Source: an uncultured Chloroflexota bacterium (GTDB lineage: Bacteria > Chloroflexota > Chloroflexia > Chloroflexales > Roseiflexaceae). From it: a DNA stretch of 64,000 bases. Position numbers and translations under genes: made by a program. The notes beneath the pieces were generated by a model. It was not told the origin of the DNA and searched no databases. It saw only the letters and a list, made by a program, of their open reading frames with translations. The DNA is taken from the NCBI GenBank assembly GCA_937876225.1, contig CALFIC010000078.1, positions 20,402-84,401 on the forward strand, read 5' to 3'. This document shows positions 39,227-49,741 of the stretch, piece after piece (positions within the stretch are counted from its first letter, which is position 1; each line of letters opens with the position of its first letter).

Positions 39227-41020
39227 CTACTCTGGAATTTGGCCACCGAACTGTTCTGCATATTGTAACCGATAGAGACGGGCATAATACCCATTTAATG
39301 CCAACAATTCATCATGTGTCCCGTCTTCTACCAATTTACCACGATGTAACACCAAAATTCGATCAACATAGCGAATCGTCGACAAACGATGGGCGATAAC
39401 CAACGATGTCCGCCCTTTGAGCAAACGTTGGACGGCGACCTGCATGATTTGTTCGGTCTCGGTATCGACGCTACTTGTCGCCTCGTCGAGGATGAGCATT
39501 ACTTCGGGATTAAACGCCATCGCCCGCGCAAACGCCAATAACTGCCGTTGCCCAACCGACAAATTCGAGCCCCGCTCACGTACTTCATAATCATATGTAC
39601 CGGGGAGTTTGTCGATGAATGTCGCCGCACCCGAAATTTCGGCAGCCGCTTGCACTTGGGCATCACTTATCAAGGTATTGTGCAAGCGAATGTTATCGCG
39701 AATCGTGCCACTGAAACAGGTAGGATCTTGGGGAACCGCACCCACATGGCTGCGCAAATCATGCTGGCGCAGGGAACGAATGTCAATTCCGTCGAGCAAA
39801 ATCGCACCCTGTTGGATTTCGTAAAACCGTGCCATCAAACTCACCAACGACGTTTTGCCGGCGCCAGTTGCACCAACCACCGCCACCGCCTGCCCGGCGG
39901 GAATCGTAAACGACACCCCTTTGAGCACCGGTTCTTCGGGGTTATAACCAAAAACGACATTGTCAAAGGTGATTTCACCACGTACCGGAGTAGCCAGCTC
40001 CAACGGCGCTACAGGGTCTACAATTTCAGCAGGTGTATCCAATACGCGGAATACCCGCTCCGACGACGCCATGGCACTCTGGAGGGTGTTGTAGCGGTCA
40101 GCCAACTGACGGATCGGTTGGAAGGCTTGGTCAGTATATTGAATGAACGCCACCAACAACCCGATGGTCACATAATCACCCAACACGAGATTACCACCGA
40201 GGGTCAACAAGACTGCTGACGCCAACACCGATGTCACATAAATTGTGGGGAAAAAGACCGCAAAGGTGTTGTTGGAACGAAACTGAGACTGCAAATATTC
40301 TTTGCTGATTGTTGAAAAAAACGTCCGGCTACTTTCCTCACGGCGAAACAACTGTGTCACCAACACACCGGTGATTTGTTCGTTGAGATAGGCATTGATA
40401 CGCGCCAACCGTTGGCGCATCACCCGGTAGGTTGTACGCATAATTCGCTGGAAAATAATCGTCGACAAAATCACTACCGGAAAAATACAAAACGATACCA
40501 ACGCCAAGCGCCAACTCAACACCAGCATCGTCACTACGATAAACAACAAGCGCACCAAGTCACCCAGCAGTGCCACCGTGCCTTGGGTGATAAAGTCATT
40601 GAGCGCATCGACGTCGTTGGTAATGCGGGTAAGCAAACGCCCGACTGGATTATGATCAAAGAAACTCAGGCTCATCGATTGAATATGCCGAAAAATAGTC
40701 ATCCGGATATCGATAATGATGCGTTGGCTCATCGATTGCATCATGTAGGTTTGCACATAACGAAACAAAAACGAAAAGACGAGTGTGCCCGCATACAGAA
40801 AGAAAATCGGCCAAATACCCGCCACATCACGATTGGCAATCGGACCATCGATAGCCGTACGAATCAAATAAGGCGGAATGAGTTCGACAGAAGCACTGCC
40901 AATCATCAACACAATAGCAGCCGTCAACGACCATTTATAGGGCACCACAAAACCCATGAGACGACGTACAAGTCGTCCATCGTAGGCTTTCCCTAGTATT
41001 TCATCATCATAAAACGTCAT
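39227..41020 (-). CDS. ABC exporter, fused permease-ATPase; consensus Walker B-Glu subunit
   Basis: 597 aa. Walker A is GATGAGKTS, signature LSVGQRQ (deviant), Walker B MLILDEATSSVD. Confidence 0.9.
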   Translation of the reverse strand: MTFYDDEILGKAYDGRLVRRLMGFVVPYKWSLTAAIVLMIGSASVELIPPYLIRTAIDGPIANRDVAGIWPIFFLYAGTLVFSFLFRYVQTYMMQSMSQRIIIDIRMTIFRHIQSMSLSFFDHNPVGRLLTRITNDVDALNDFITQGTVALLGDLVRLLFIVVTMLVLSWRLALVSFCIFPVVILSTIIFQRIMRTTYRVMRQRLARINAYLNEQITGVLVTQLFRREESSRTFFSTISKEYLQSQFRSNNTFAVFFPTIYVTSVLASAVLLTLGGNLVLGDYVTIGLLVAFIQYTDQAFQPIRQLADRYNTLQSAMASSERVFRVLDTPAEIVDPVAPLELATPVRGEITFDNVVFGYNPEEPVLKGVSFTIPAGQAVAVVGATGAGKTSLVSLMARFYEIQQGAILLDGIDIRSLRQHDLRSHVGAVPQDPTCFSGTIRDNIRLHNTLISDAQVQAAAEISGAATFIDKLPGTYDYEVRERGSNLSVGQRQLLAFARAMAFNPEVMLILDEATSSVDTETEQIMQVAVQRLLKGRTSLVIAHRLSTIRYVDRILVLHRGKLVEDGTHDELLALNGYYARLYRLQYAEQFGGQIPE

Positions 41021-41069
41021 GACATCCCTCGTTATTCAGCACATCTGGTACGTATATTGCACCGACGAA

Positions 41070-42821
41070 TTAGGCATTATCAACAGCATCTGCCAACGTT
41101 TCCCGTTGATACATAGCGGTATACAAACCACCTTGGGCCAACAAGCTGGCGTGTGATCCTTGCTCAGCAATTTCGCCATCACGGAGCAGCACAATCAAAT
41201 CCGCATCACGCACCGTGGCAATGCGTTGTGCAATCAAGATGGCAGTACGCCCATGGCGAAATTGCCGCAGTCCTTCGAGGATTTGTGACGCCGTATGAGT
41301 GTCGACACTCGACAAAGCATCGTCGAGCACCAAAATCGCCGGATCGCGCAACACCGCCCGAGCAATAGCCGTGCGTTGTTTTTGACCACCCGATAATGTA
41401 ACTCCGCGCTCACCAACTAACGTATCGATTCCTGACGGCAATTGCACGACGTCATTACTCAACCGTGAGATGTGCAGTGCGCGTTCGATTTCTTCGTCTG
41501 ATGCATCTGGGCGCCCAAAAGCGACATTTTCACGCACCGGCACACTAAACAAAAACGTATCTTGGGGCACGTAACCAATTCCCTCGCGCAACGACGACAA
41601 AGCAATATCGCGGATGTCGTGGCCATCCACCGAAATCGTTCCTTCGCTGGGGTCTTGTACCCGCGCCAACAAATTCACCAACGTCGTTTTGCCACCACCG
41701 GTAGCACCGACGATGGCCACCGTTTGCCCTTCGGCGACTTCAAACGAAATATGCCGCAAAATCCAACGGGCGTCTGCACCGTCGCCAACCGACACTCCTA
41801 CGTTGTGGAACTTGATTGCACCAGTGACGGTATGTTCGATACCACCATTGTCATCGTTGTTCCGAATCGACGGGACGCGTTGCAATACTTCACCGAGGCG
41901 CCCTGCCGCAGATACCGCCTGTTGATACAAATCGACCGTCCAACCCAGTGCCACCACCGGCCACCCCAAGGCAGCCAGATAGCTATTGAACAACACGAGG
42001 TCTCCAATAGTCATTTTGCCATCGGCGACTTGTTGACCACCAATCAGCAATACGAGTGAGCCGATGATACCCATCACCAAACTAATAATTGGCCACAACA
42101 ATCCACTCAACAATACATAGCGTACGTTTTGGGCACGGTAGCGTTCATTGACCCGCAAAAACTCTTCGGTCTCTTGTACTTCTTGGGTATAGGCTTTGAT
42201 GGTACGAATACCCGAAAAATCTTCTTGGACCCGCGTCGATACTTCACCAAACAAATCTTGCACTTTACGAAAAATCAGGCGCATCCGGGCACCGACCACA
42301 ATAAACAAAATCGTGACCACCGGAAGCAACGCCAGCACAATCAATGCTAGCGTCAAGTTGGTGGCGACCATCAATGCCGATGCCGACACAATCATCAATA
42401 CGGCACCAATTTGTTGGACACCTGGCCCAAAAAATTGCCGAATCGCGGAAATATCATTGGTGACGCGGGTCATCAAGTCACCCGTATGATGTTCACCATA
42501 AAATTTTTGGTCGAGAATTAACAAGCGGTGGAACATCGCCTCACGGACATCACCTTCAACCTGATGGGCAGTGCCGAGGATGAGCACGCGAGATAAAAAA
42601 CCAAACAGAAAAACGACAGCGGCCATTCCCAACATTTTGAGTGCCGCTGCGACAAGATCATCCCAAATAATCCCCTTGGTGCTGATTTCGTTGACGACGA
42701 CGCGCACCACTTGAGGAACCATCACCGTAAATCCGATTTGAATGGCGTTACACAAAATCCCTACGATGTAGCGCCAACGATAACGCACCACATACGGCCA
42801 CAATGCACGTAATTGATTCAT
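41070..42821 (-). CDS. ABC exporter, fused permease-ATPase; degenerate-site subunit
   Basis: 583 aa. Walker A is GATGGGKTT, signature LSGGQKQ, Walker B ILVLDDALSSVD (Asp replaces the catalytic Glu). Confidence 0.9.
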   Translation of the reverse strand: MNQLRALWPYVVRYRWRYIVGILCNAIQIGFTVMVPQVVRVVVNEISTKGIIWDDLVAAALKMLGMAAVVFLFGFLSRVLILGTAHQVEGDVREAMFHRLLILDQKFYGEHHTGDLMTRVTNDISAIRQFFGPGVQQIGAVLMIVSASALMVATNLTLALIVLALLPVVTILFIVVGARMRLIFRKVQDLFGEVSTRVQEDFSGIRTIKAYTQEVQETEEFLRVNERYRAQNVRYVLLSGLLWPIISLVMGIIGSLVLLIGGQQVADGKMTIGDLVLFNSYLAALGWPVVALGWTVDLYQQAVSAAGRLGEVLQRVPSIRNNDDNGGIEHTVTGAIKFHNVGVSVGDGADARWILRHISFEVAEGQTVAIVGATGGGKTTLVNLLARVQDPSEGTISVDGHDIRDIALSSLREGIGYVPQDTFLFSVPVRENVAFGRPDASDEEIERALHISRLSNDVVQLPSGIDTLVGERGVTLSGGQKQRTAIARAVLRDPAILVLDDALSSVDTHTASQILEGLRQFRHGRTAILIAQRIATVRDADLIVLLRDGEIAEQGSHASLLAQGGLYTAMYQRETLADAVDNA

Positions 42822-42872
42822 TAACCAATCCCTTAATTATTGGAAACCTGACTGACAGTTAGTATACCACCG

Positions 42873-42916
42873 CATAAACACACTGCCCACGCACAGAACG
42901 TGCATGGGCAGTGTGT
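42873..42916 (-). terminator. Rho-independent terminator after typA
   Basis: On the minus strand, ACACACTGCCCATGCAC / GTGCGTGGGCAGTGTGT form a 17-bp stem with one G-U pair, followed by TTTAT. Confidence 0.7.
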
Positions 42917-42952
42917 TAGGGAAATACGAAATGTAAAAAATACCGCTAACGA

Positions 42953-44791
42953 CTAATCGTCGTTTTGCATGGCCATTTCGCGGCGCTTCTGGTCACGTTT
43001 GCGTTCTTCTTGGTTGAGCAAGCGTTTGCGCAAGCGGTAGTTCTTGGGGGTGACTTCGAGCAATTCATCGTCACCGAGGTATTCGACGGCGTCGTCAAGG
43101 CTCAAATTGCGTGGCGTTTCGAGGCGTAATGAATCATCGGCACCCGACGAACGCATGTTGGTCAAATGCTTCTTTTTGCAGCAATTGACTTCAAGGTCAC
43201 GTTCACGGATGTGTTGACCGATAATCATGCCTTCATACACTTCAATACCTGCACCGATGAATAGTTGACCGCGCTCTTGGGCACCGAACAGACCAAAGGT
43301 TGTGGTCATGCCGGATTCTGAGGCGACCAGTGAACCCAAAGCACGAGTGCTGATTTCACCCATCATGGGTTGGTATTCGAGGAACAACGCATTGAGCTGG
43401 CCTTCACCACGTGATGCCGTCATAAATTGTTGGCGGAAGCCCAACAACCCGCGGGTTGGCACGTGGAAGGTGAGGTTGACGGTACCGTCTTCACGGTAGC
43501 TCATATCGCGCATTTGACCACGGCGTTGACCGAGCAATTCGATGACGGTGCCTTGGTATTGTTCAGACACTTCGATTTCGACTTGTTCGACTGGTTCCAT
43601 CCGTTGGCCATCAACCAGCTTGAAAATAACTTCGGGACGTGATACTTGGAATTCGTATCCTTCACGGCGCATATTTTCAATCAAAATGGTCAAGTGCAAT
43701 TCACCACGACCACTGACCACAAACGCATCTGGCACATCGGTGTCTTCGACACGCAATGCCACGTCGCGGTCACGCTCGGTGTACAAACGATCACGGAGCT
43801 TACGCGACGTGACGTGCGTTCCTTCGCGGCCCGACAATGGGCTGGTATTGACGCCAAAGGTCATACGGACGGTGGGTTCTTCGACGGCGATGATAGGTAG
43901 CTGCTCAGCACCAAGCACATCGGCAATCGTGTCGCCAATCATGCCGTCGGCAATGCCGGAGACGGCCATAATTTCGCCCGCTTGGACTTCCTCGACTTCG
44001 GTGCGATTAAGCCCGTTGTAGACGAAGAGTTGAATGATTTTGGCGTTGGTTTGGGTACCATCGTGGGCAAAGCGGATGACTTGCTGGGCCTTGCGCAACG
44101 TACCACGGCGCAGGCGACCCATCATGATTTTGCCACGATAGTCGTCATAAAACGTATTGGTAACCAACATCTGGGCTGATGCTTCGCTATCGACATCTGG
44201 GGCAGGGATGGTTTCGACGATAGCATCAAACAATGGCTCGAGCGTCTCGGCCAAATTGTTGAAGTCAGTCCCTGCGATGCCATTGATGGCACTGGCAAAA
44301 ATTACTGGGAAATCGGCTTGATCATCGCTAGCACCTAATTCAACGAACAAATCGAATGTTTCGTTGACTACCCATTCAGGGCGGGCATTGGGGCGGTCGA
44401 TTTTGTTGACCACGACGATGGCTTTGTGGCCAGCAAGCAAGGCTTTACGCAACACAAAGCGGGTTTGGGGCATGGGGCCATCGACGGCATCGACCAACAA
44501 CAACACACCATCGACCATATTCATGACCCGCTCGACTTCGCCACCGAAGTCTGCGTGGCCAGGGGTGTCAACGATGTTGATTTTGGTGCCCTTGTAAACC
44601 ACTGCCGTGTTTTTGGCCATGATGGTGATACCACGCTCGCGCTCGAGATCATTTGAGTCCATGACTCGTTCACTGACCTGTTGGTTTTCGCGGAATGTGC
44701 GTGATTGACGGAGTAGCCCATCGACAAGGGTGGTTTTGCCATGGTCTACGTGCGCAATGATAGCAATATTGCGCAAATCGGATCGCTTCAT
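42953..44791 (-). CDS. typA: Translational GTPase TypA/BipA
   Basis: Internal ATG of ORF 42953..44854 after GGAGAA. The translation starts [24 protein letters not shown] and continues with [14 protein letters not shown] and NKIDR. Confidence 0.95.
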   Translation of the reverse strand: MKRSDLRNIAIIAHVDHGKTTLVDGLLRQSRTFRENQQVSERVMDSNDLERERGITIMAKNTAVVYKGTKINIVDTPGHADFGGEVERVMNMVDGVLLLVDAVDGPMPQTRFVLRKALLAGHKAIVVVNKIDRPNARPEWVVNETFDLFVELGASDDQADFPVIFASAINGIAGTDFNNLAETLEPLFDAIVETIPAPDVDSEASAQMLVTNTFYDDYRGKIMMGRLRRGTLRKAQQVIRFAHDGTQTNAKIIQLFVYNGLNRTEVEEVQAGEIMAVSGIADGMIGDTIADVLGAEQLPIIAVEEPTVRMTFGVNTSPLSGREGTHVTSRKLRDRLYTERDRDVALRVEDTDVPDAFVVSGRGELHLTILIENMRREGYEFQVSRPEVIFKLVDGQRMEPVEQVEIEVSEQYQGTVIELLGQRRGQMRDMSYREDGTVNLTFHVPTRGLLGFRQQFMTASRGEGQLNALFLEYQPMMGEISTRALGSLVASESGMTTTFGLFGAQERGQLFIGAGIEVYEGMIIGQHIRERDLEVNCCKKKHLTNMRSSGADDSLRLETPRNLSLDDAVEYLGDDELLEVTPKNYRLRKRLLNQEERKRDQKRREMAMQNDD

Positions 44792-44904
44792 GATTTCTCC
44801 ATAGGTAACATACCAAACGCCTCGACCAATGGTCGGGGCGCATCGATGCAACACACAACTATGTATAGTGTACCACGTTTTGGGTGATTACAAATTGATT
44901 TGAT

Positions 44905-45321
44905 TCATCCACATAGTCCACGGGTTATACACATTTTATAATGACACTATTGATTGTTTTTCAAAAATAGTGCGCAATTACAACGTATCTTTAGGTGATT
45001 CTTGATTACGCTGTATGGTTATATAAGATAAATCATTAATTTATATAAGAAACCGTCGTAACACTAGGGATTGTGGATATGTTGATAACTGTTTTTTTTG
45101 GTGATTGGAATCACTAAAGCCGTCGTGGATAATCCGTGGACGCTTATCCACAGGTCGTACACGCAAAAAAAAAGGGCTGAAATTCATCAACATTTAATAC
45201 ACCAACGTACACCGCTTATCCACACCGTTCTCCACATTTCCTGTGGATAAGCCAAAAAGGCAAAAAAAGTATCCACCTGCTATCCCATATCTCTCCACGA
45301 GTTATCCACCGCTTATACACG
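44905..45321. other. DnaA-box cluster with flanking AT-rich tract; candidate chromosomal replication origin (oriC)
   Basis: Perfect TTATCCACA occurs at 45144-45152 and 45216-45224, and as TGTGGATAA at 45242-45250. One-mismatch boxes start at 44905, 44925, 45072, 45124, 45228 and 45302. Two-mismatch boxes start at 45269 and 45313. The interval 44941-45060 has 34 G+C in 120 nt by hand count. No credible ORF lies in the 575-bp gap. Confidence 0.55.
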
Positions 45322-45375
45322 GCATAAGTGTCAATAAAATAGCGCGTATATGCAATGAAACATAGATTGAGACAA

Positions 45376-45411
45376 AGAAAAGCCGCACCATATTATTGGT
45401 GCGGCTTTTTC
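45376..45411 (-). terminator. Rho-independent terminator after the BFN nuclease gene
   Basis: GCCGCACCA / TGGTGCGGC stem with a 6-nt loop, flanked by an A-run and a T-run. On the minus strand it is followed by TTTTCTTTG. Confidence 0.75.
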
Positions 45412-45429
45412 GAAACGAGGAATTAACGA

Positions 45430-46002
45430 CTACTCGGGTTTGTTTTTGTTTTTGTCGTCATCGTTATCAAGCGAGTTAATGAAGTCACGAAAAAGCGACA
45501 AGGTATCGTCGCTGGTGGCAGGTTCTGTTGCTGGTGTCTCATCTTCGTCACGTACGGTGCTCCCTGAAGAGCGGAACAACGGGACGTCTTGTTGTTCGTC
45601 AGTATCGAATGGGACACTCGATTGATCAAAGACGTGGGGGGCAACAAAAATAGGCACATTCGCACGCAGTGCGAGAGCGATGGCATCACTTGAACGCGCA
45701 TCGATTTCGATCGGACCGGTTGGTGTTGTTGCGATTATTCGCGCAAAAAATGTCGTATCTTGGATGTCGTTGATGATGACATGCTCGATATTGGCGTGAA
45801 GTTCTTGAAAAACGGTATTGAGCAAATCATGCGTCATTGGTCGACTTGGCGTTAAGCTTTGTAATACAAACGAAATTGCATCTGCTTCGAATTGACCAAT
45901 CCAAATTGGCAAATAGCGCCGACTGTCGGATTCACGCAACACGACCACACGATTTTGCGTGAGCAAACTTACCCGCACGCTATCGACAGTGACTCGTATC
46001 AT
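45430..46002 (-). CDS. Bifunctional nuclease family protein (BFN/DUF151) with an acidic C-terminal tail
   Basis: The ATG at 46002 follows AAAGGAAA (the ORF is open to 46017). Translation MIRVTVDSVRVSLLTQNRVVVLRESDSRRYLPIWIGQFEADAI... Confidence 0.8.
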   Translation of the reverse strand: MIRVTVDSVRVSLLTQNRVVVLRESDSRRYLPIWIGQFEADAISFVLQSLTPSRPMTHDLLNTVFQELHANIEHVIINDIQDTTFFARIIATTPTGPIEIDARSSDAIALALRANVPIFVAPHVFDQSSVPFDTDEQQDVPLFRSSGSTVRDEDETPATEPATSDDTLSLFRDFINSLDNDDDKNKNKPE

Positions 46003-46134
46003 TGCGTTTCCTTTCATCTACAGCATAAACGTTAATACTTATATAATACACGTGTTTTGCCATGAGTGGGGGAAATTTGTTTTGTCCTAAGGATATTTGT
46101 ATGAGATACCCCAAATCTGATTCATTTGGTAGAG

Positions 46135-46163
46135 TTGACACTGCTATACTTGCGTCGTATGAT
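46135..46163 (+). promoter_or_regulatory. Sigma-70-like promoter TTGACA-17 nt-TATGAT upstream of the M23 peptidase gene
   Basis: TTGACA at 46135-46140 and TATGAT at 46158-46163, 33 nt before the ATG at 46196. Confidence 0.35.
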
Positions 46164-46195
46164 GGCGTTGTTATTGTGATTGTAATGCGATTCAA

Positions 46196-47734
46196 ATGAT
46201 TATTCCTAAGACAGCTTCACCAGTAATCATGAGCTGGTTTCTTTCGTTACGCCGTAGTGAAATAGCGGTGCGTCAGGTCATATGGAACGTCATCAATGCG
46301 TTGCCATTGCCGGTTGCAACCAAACAACGCATAGCACCGTTTATTCAACGCGAAAACGCCCAAGCCCAAGTCGTGGCACTCCGCTCTGCGCGGGCAGTGT
46401 TGATGGGGCAACCAGGGCAAAGCGCCAATGCAGCGGCGCCGTTTTTGGTGCCAGCAACCAATGAAGTATTTGTGGTTGATGCGTTGCTTGATCCCCATGT
46501 TGCCGGGCATATTACCATCGCTATTATTGTCGGTATGATACTTGTATTTGGCAATAGTATTATCGAAAATAGCGGATTACAAGGCAAAGATCGCCCAGGG
46601 ATGAACCAAAAATCAGGGACTGATATGACCATCGAAATCGATGCACCTTTACCCCAAGTCATGAGTGCATCCGAGTTAACCGTGCCCCAAATGGTGACAC
46701 CGCTGCCTAGCGCTGCACCACCCTATTTGTTTTATCATCGCATTCAACCAAATGATACGTTGGGGATAATTGCTGCCGAATACAATATGAGCCCGCGAGT
46801 CTTGTTTTGGGCAAATGGATTGCAGAACGGTCGCGTATTTATTGTAGGGAGTACATTGCGCATTCCACGCTTGCCTGGAGTATCGCATACGGTTGTCGAA
46901 AAAGACACGATAGCATCGATTGCCGAACAATATGGCGTTAAAACAGAGGCAATCACATTATTTCGACCGAATCGTGTTCATCAAAACGAAGACTTAACTG
47001 TCGGCAAAGAAATTTTTATTCCATATGCGGTGCCGGAATACCCCCAATCTATCATCAACAAGTATGGTGGCGTGGATGGTGTGGCCACCATGGAAGCTAT
47101 CGAGACGGTCACCGTACTCCAAGACGAAACCAATGTGCGTAATGGTCCAGGCCGCGCATTCGACAAAGTAGGCACAGCGCGGCTGGGACAACGACTCATC
47201 CCGATAGCGCGCTATGGGAGCTGGGTCAAACTCGAACTCAACCCGGGTGAAATTGGCTGGATTAAAGGTGCACTCCTCGGAATGTCTGATGGGCTAGTCA
47301 GTGGTTTACCGACTGCGACCAATGTGCCCTGGCCACCACCGCGCTGGACGTGGCCGACTACTGGCCAATTAACCTCGCCGTTTGGGTGGCGTACTCAACC
47401 CATGTATATGTTTCATAATGGTATCGACTTTGCCAATGCTGCCGGTACACCCATTTATGCGGCCCGGTATGGTCGCGTATTTGAAGCGGGCTGGTGTAGT
47501 GGCTTTGGGTATTGTGTGCGCATTGATCATGGTGGTGGTGTGGTGTCGATTTATGGACACATGCTCAAAAAACCCGTGGTGCACGTCGGTGACATTGTCG
47601 ATATGGGTGATTTAATCGGGTTGATGGGGAGTACCTATGACGCCGCAGGTGGTGGGTATTCTACCGGAGTCCATTTGCATTTGACCATCAAAATCAATGG
47701 CAAATATGTTGACCCGCTCAAGTATCTTCCCTAA
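46196..47734 (+). CDS. M23 family metallopeptidase with two LysM domains and an SH3b-like domain
   Basis: 512 aa. LysM domains are YHRIQPNDTLGIIAAEY and HTVVEKDTIASIAEQYG. M23 motifs are HNGIDF, SIYGHM and GVHLHLTI. The start codon is uncertain. Confidence 0.88.
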   Translation: MIIPKTASPVIMSWFLSLRRSEIAVRQVIWNVINALPLPVATKQRIAPFIQRENAQAQVVALRSARAVLMGQPGQSANAAAPFLVPATNEVFVVDALLDPHVAGHITIAIIVGMILVFGNSIIENSGLQGKDRPGMNQKSGTDMTIEIDAPLPQVMSASELTVPQMVTPLPSAAPPYLFYHRIQPNDTLGIIAAEYNMSPRVLFWANGLQNGRVFIVGSTLRIPRLPGVSHTVVEKDTIASIAEQYGVKTEAITLFRPNRVHQNEDLTVGKEIFIPYAVPEYPQSIINKYGGVDGVATMEAIETVTVLQDETNVRNGPGRAFDKVGTARLGQRLIPIARYGSWVKLELNPGEIGWIKGALLGMSDGLVSGLPTATNVPWPPPRWTWPTTGQLTSPFGWRTQPMYMFHNGIDFANAAGTPIYAARYGRVFEAGWCSGFGYCVRIDHGGGVVSIYGHMLKKPVVHVGDIVDMGDLIGLMGSTYDAAGGGYSTGVHLHLTIKINGKYVDPLKYLP

Positions 47735-47746
47735 ATCAAAGGATAA

Positions 47747-49318
47747 ATGGTGACAACGCAACATCCAATGGGGCGGCGCATTGCGCTGGCCGCAATGTTA
47801 ATCGCTGTTGGTAGTATTACGAGCCGCCTAATCGGAGTCATCCGTGAGGCGGTTTTTGCCGCCACCTTTGGTCGAGGCAATGAACTAGCCGCCTTTACGG
47901 CTGCTGCCACCATTCCAACCCTTGTCTATGACTTATTGTTGAGTGGTGCCTTGAGTGCAGCGCTGGTGCCGGTATTTAGCCGCGTCGTCCAACAGCCCGA
48001 AGTGCGTGATGCCTTGGTGTCGCGGGTACTCAGCTTGATGATCGTCGTTGTCAGCGGCATCATATTGCCGTTGTTGTGGTTGGCCCCCCAAGTCGTCCAA
48101 TTGTTGGCCGGTGGGTTTGATGCAAATTTGCAAGAATTAACTACCACCATGGTGCGCTGGATGTTGTTTGCGGTGCCGTGTATGGTGGTCGCTGGGGTGA
48201 TGACGGCGGTGCTCCAAGCCCAACAACAATTCGTCCTGCCCGCCTTCGCCACGAGTATTTTTAACATAGGAATTATTATTGCGGCGGTGATATTGGCGCC
48301 ATGGCTGGGCCCAATCGCCTTGGCGATTGGCATGGTGTTGGGGGCGGCGTTGCAAGTGGCCTTGCAATATTATGGGTTGCGCAATAGCAAATTAACCTGG
48401 CGCACCGATTGGCGCGACCCGTCAATCCGCGAAATGCTACGGTTGTATGCGCCAGTGGCACTAGGGATGGGATTTTCGGCAATCGGGACGCTCATCGACC
48501 GCCGCTATGCCACGGACTTTGGCGCCCAAGTATTGCCGACGATGCGCTATGCTACCACCCTCATCCAATTTCCGTTGGGGTTAGTAGCGGCGGCAGTGTC
48601 GACGGCGATTTTGCCGTCACTGGCGCGCTTAAGCGACAGCAAATCGCTCGAGCAGTTCCGTAGTACCGTTGGGACGGCCTTGACGGTGGTGATTGCCTTG
48701 ATTGTGCCAGCTAGTGTGGTGTTGTGGTTGATTCGTGTGCCACTCACCGCGCTGATTTTGCAACGTCAGGCTTTTAATGTGGCAGATACCCAAGCCGTTG
48801 CCAATACACTCATGTACTACATTCCTGGGTTGCCAGCTGCGGCCATTGATCAGATTTTGTTGTTTGCCTGTTATGCCCGCGGCCGCACCCTGGCACCGAA
48901 TTTGGTACAAGGTGGTGCCATCATCGCCTATGTGCTGGGGGTGTGGTTGGTGATGCCGTGGCTTGGCCATAGTGCCGAGACCTTGGCGATGGCCAATTCC
49001 ATCCAATGGATTGCCCACATGCTCTTGATGGCACTCTTGTGCCAGCAGCAATTCGATTTACGCGGGTTGGCTGTTGGTCAGACCTTGGTATTGTGTGTGA
49101 TGGCAGCAGCCGTCACGTGGGTGACGGTGCAAGCGGTGATGACCGTGGTGGTGATTTCGCAGGTTTTTGTCCAAGTAATCGTAATTGCCGGCTTAACCGG
49201 GGTAGTCTACCTGGTCGTGGCTTGGTTACTCGGTATTACCCCGGTATTGTTTGCGGCAGATTTGATTCGCCAACGAATCACCGCCGTGATTATGCGCGTG
49301 CGGCCAACGCCGCCGTAA
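47747..49318 (+). CDS. murJ: Lipid II flippase MurJ (MviN family)
   Basis: 523 aa with about 14 TM helices and a MurJ-like N-terminus (SRLIGVIREAVFAATFG). Confidence 0.88.
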   Translation: MVTTQHPMGRRIALAAMLIAVGSITSRLIGVIREAVFAATFGRGNELAAFTAAATIPTLVYDLLLSGALSAALVPVFSRVVQQPEVRDALVSRVLSLMIVVVSGIILPLLWLAPQVVQLLAGGFDANLQELTTTMVRWMLFAVPCMVVAGVMTAVLQAQQQFVLPAFATSIFNIGIIIAAVILAPWLGPIALAIGMVLGAALQVALQYYGLRNSKLTWRTDWRDPSIREMLRLYAPVALGMGFSAIGTLIDRRYATDFGAQVLPTMRYATTLIQFPLGLVAAAVSTAILPSLARLSDSKSLEQFRSTVGTALTVVIALIVPASVVLWLIRVPLTALILQRQAFNVADTQAVANTLMYYIPGLPAAAIDQILLFACYARGRTLAPNLVQGGAIIAYVLGVWLVMPWLGHSAETLAMANSIQWIAHMLLMALLCQQQFDLRGLAVGQTLVLCVMAAAVTWVTVQAVMTVVVISQVFVQVIVIAGLTGVVYLVVAWLLGITPVLFAADLIRQRITAVIMRVRPTPP

Positions 49319-49706
49319 GCACGGCTTTCATTTGGTCATAGCTCAGTAATTCGTGTGCCGTGGCGGCATCGACCCAACGGTAATCACTAATCCCTTCGCT
49401 GGCTTGGAGGGTGACGGTAGTTTGGGTCGTATTCATCACAAAAAAATCGACCTGTTTGGGGAGCGTACGTCCTTTTTTGACCACATCATAGTAAATAGTT
49501 TGCACTAGCGCCCCTAATTCACCTTGAATTCCGGTTTCTTCGTATACCTCACGGACCGCGGCCTCGGCGCTGGTTTCGCCTGCTTCGAGGTGCCCTTTGG
49601 GGAACGTCCATTGGCCGTATTGATCAAAAATCACTAAAATGCGGAGCCCGTCTGGGGTCGCATTGAAAATCACACAGCCAGCGGCGTGGGGAGCCGTATC
49701 GCGCAT
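49290..49706 (-). CDS. NUDIX hydrolase
   Basis: 138 aa with the Nudix box GHLEAGETSAEAAVREVYEETGI. Its 3' end overlaps murJ by 29 nt (convergent). Confidence 0.82.
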   Translation of the reverse strand: MRDTAPHAAGCVIFNATPDGLRILVIFDQYGQWTFPKGHLEAGETSAEAAVREVYEETGIQGELGALVQTIYYDVVKKGRTLPKQVDFFVMNTTQTTVTLQASEGISDYRWVDAATAHELLSYDQMKAVLTAALAARA

Positions 49707-49741
49707 TGCTTCCTCGATTCAGTCGTGATTAGTATAAAAAA

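Noticed and set aside
49290-49318. 29-nt convergent overlap of the murJ and NUDIX 3' ends
   Set aside because: Short convergent overlaps are common in compact genomes, and nothing else in the sequence suggests regulation.
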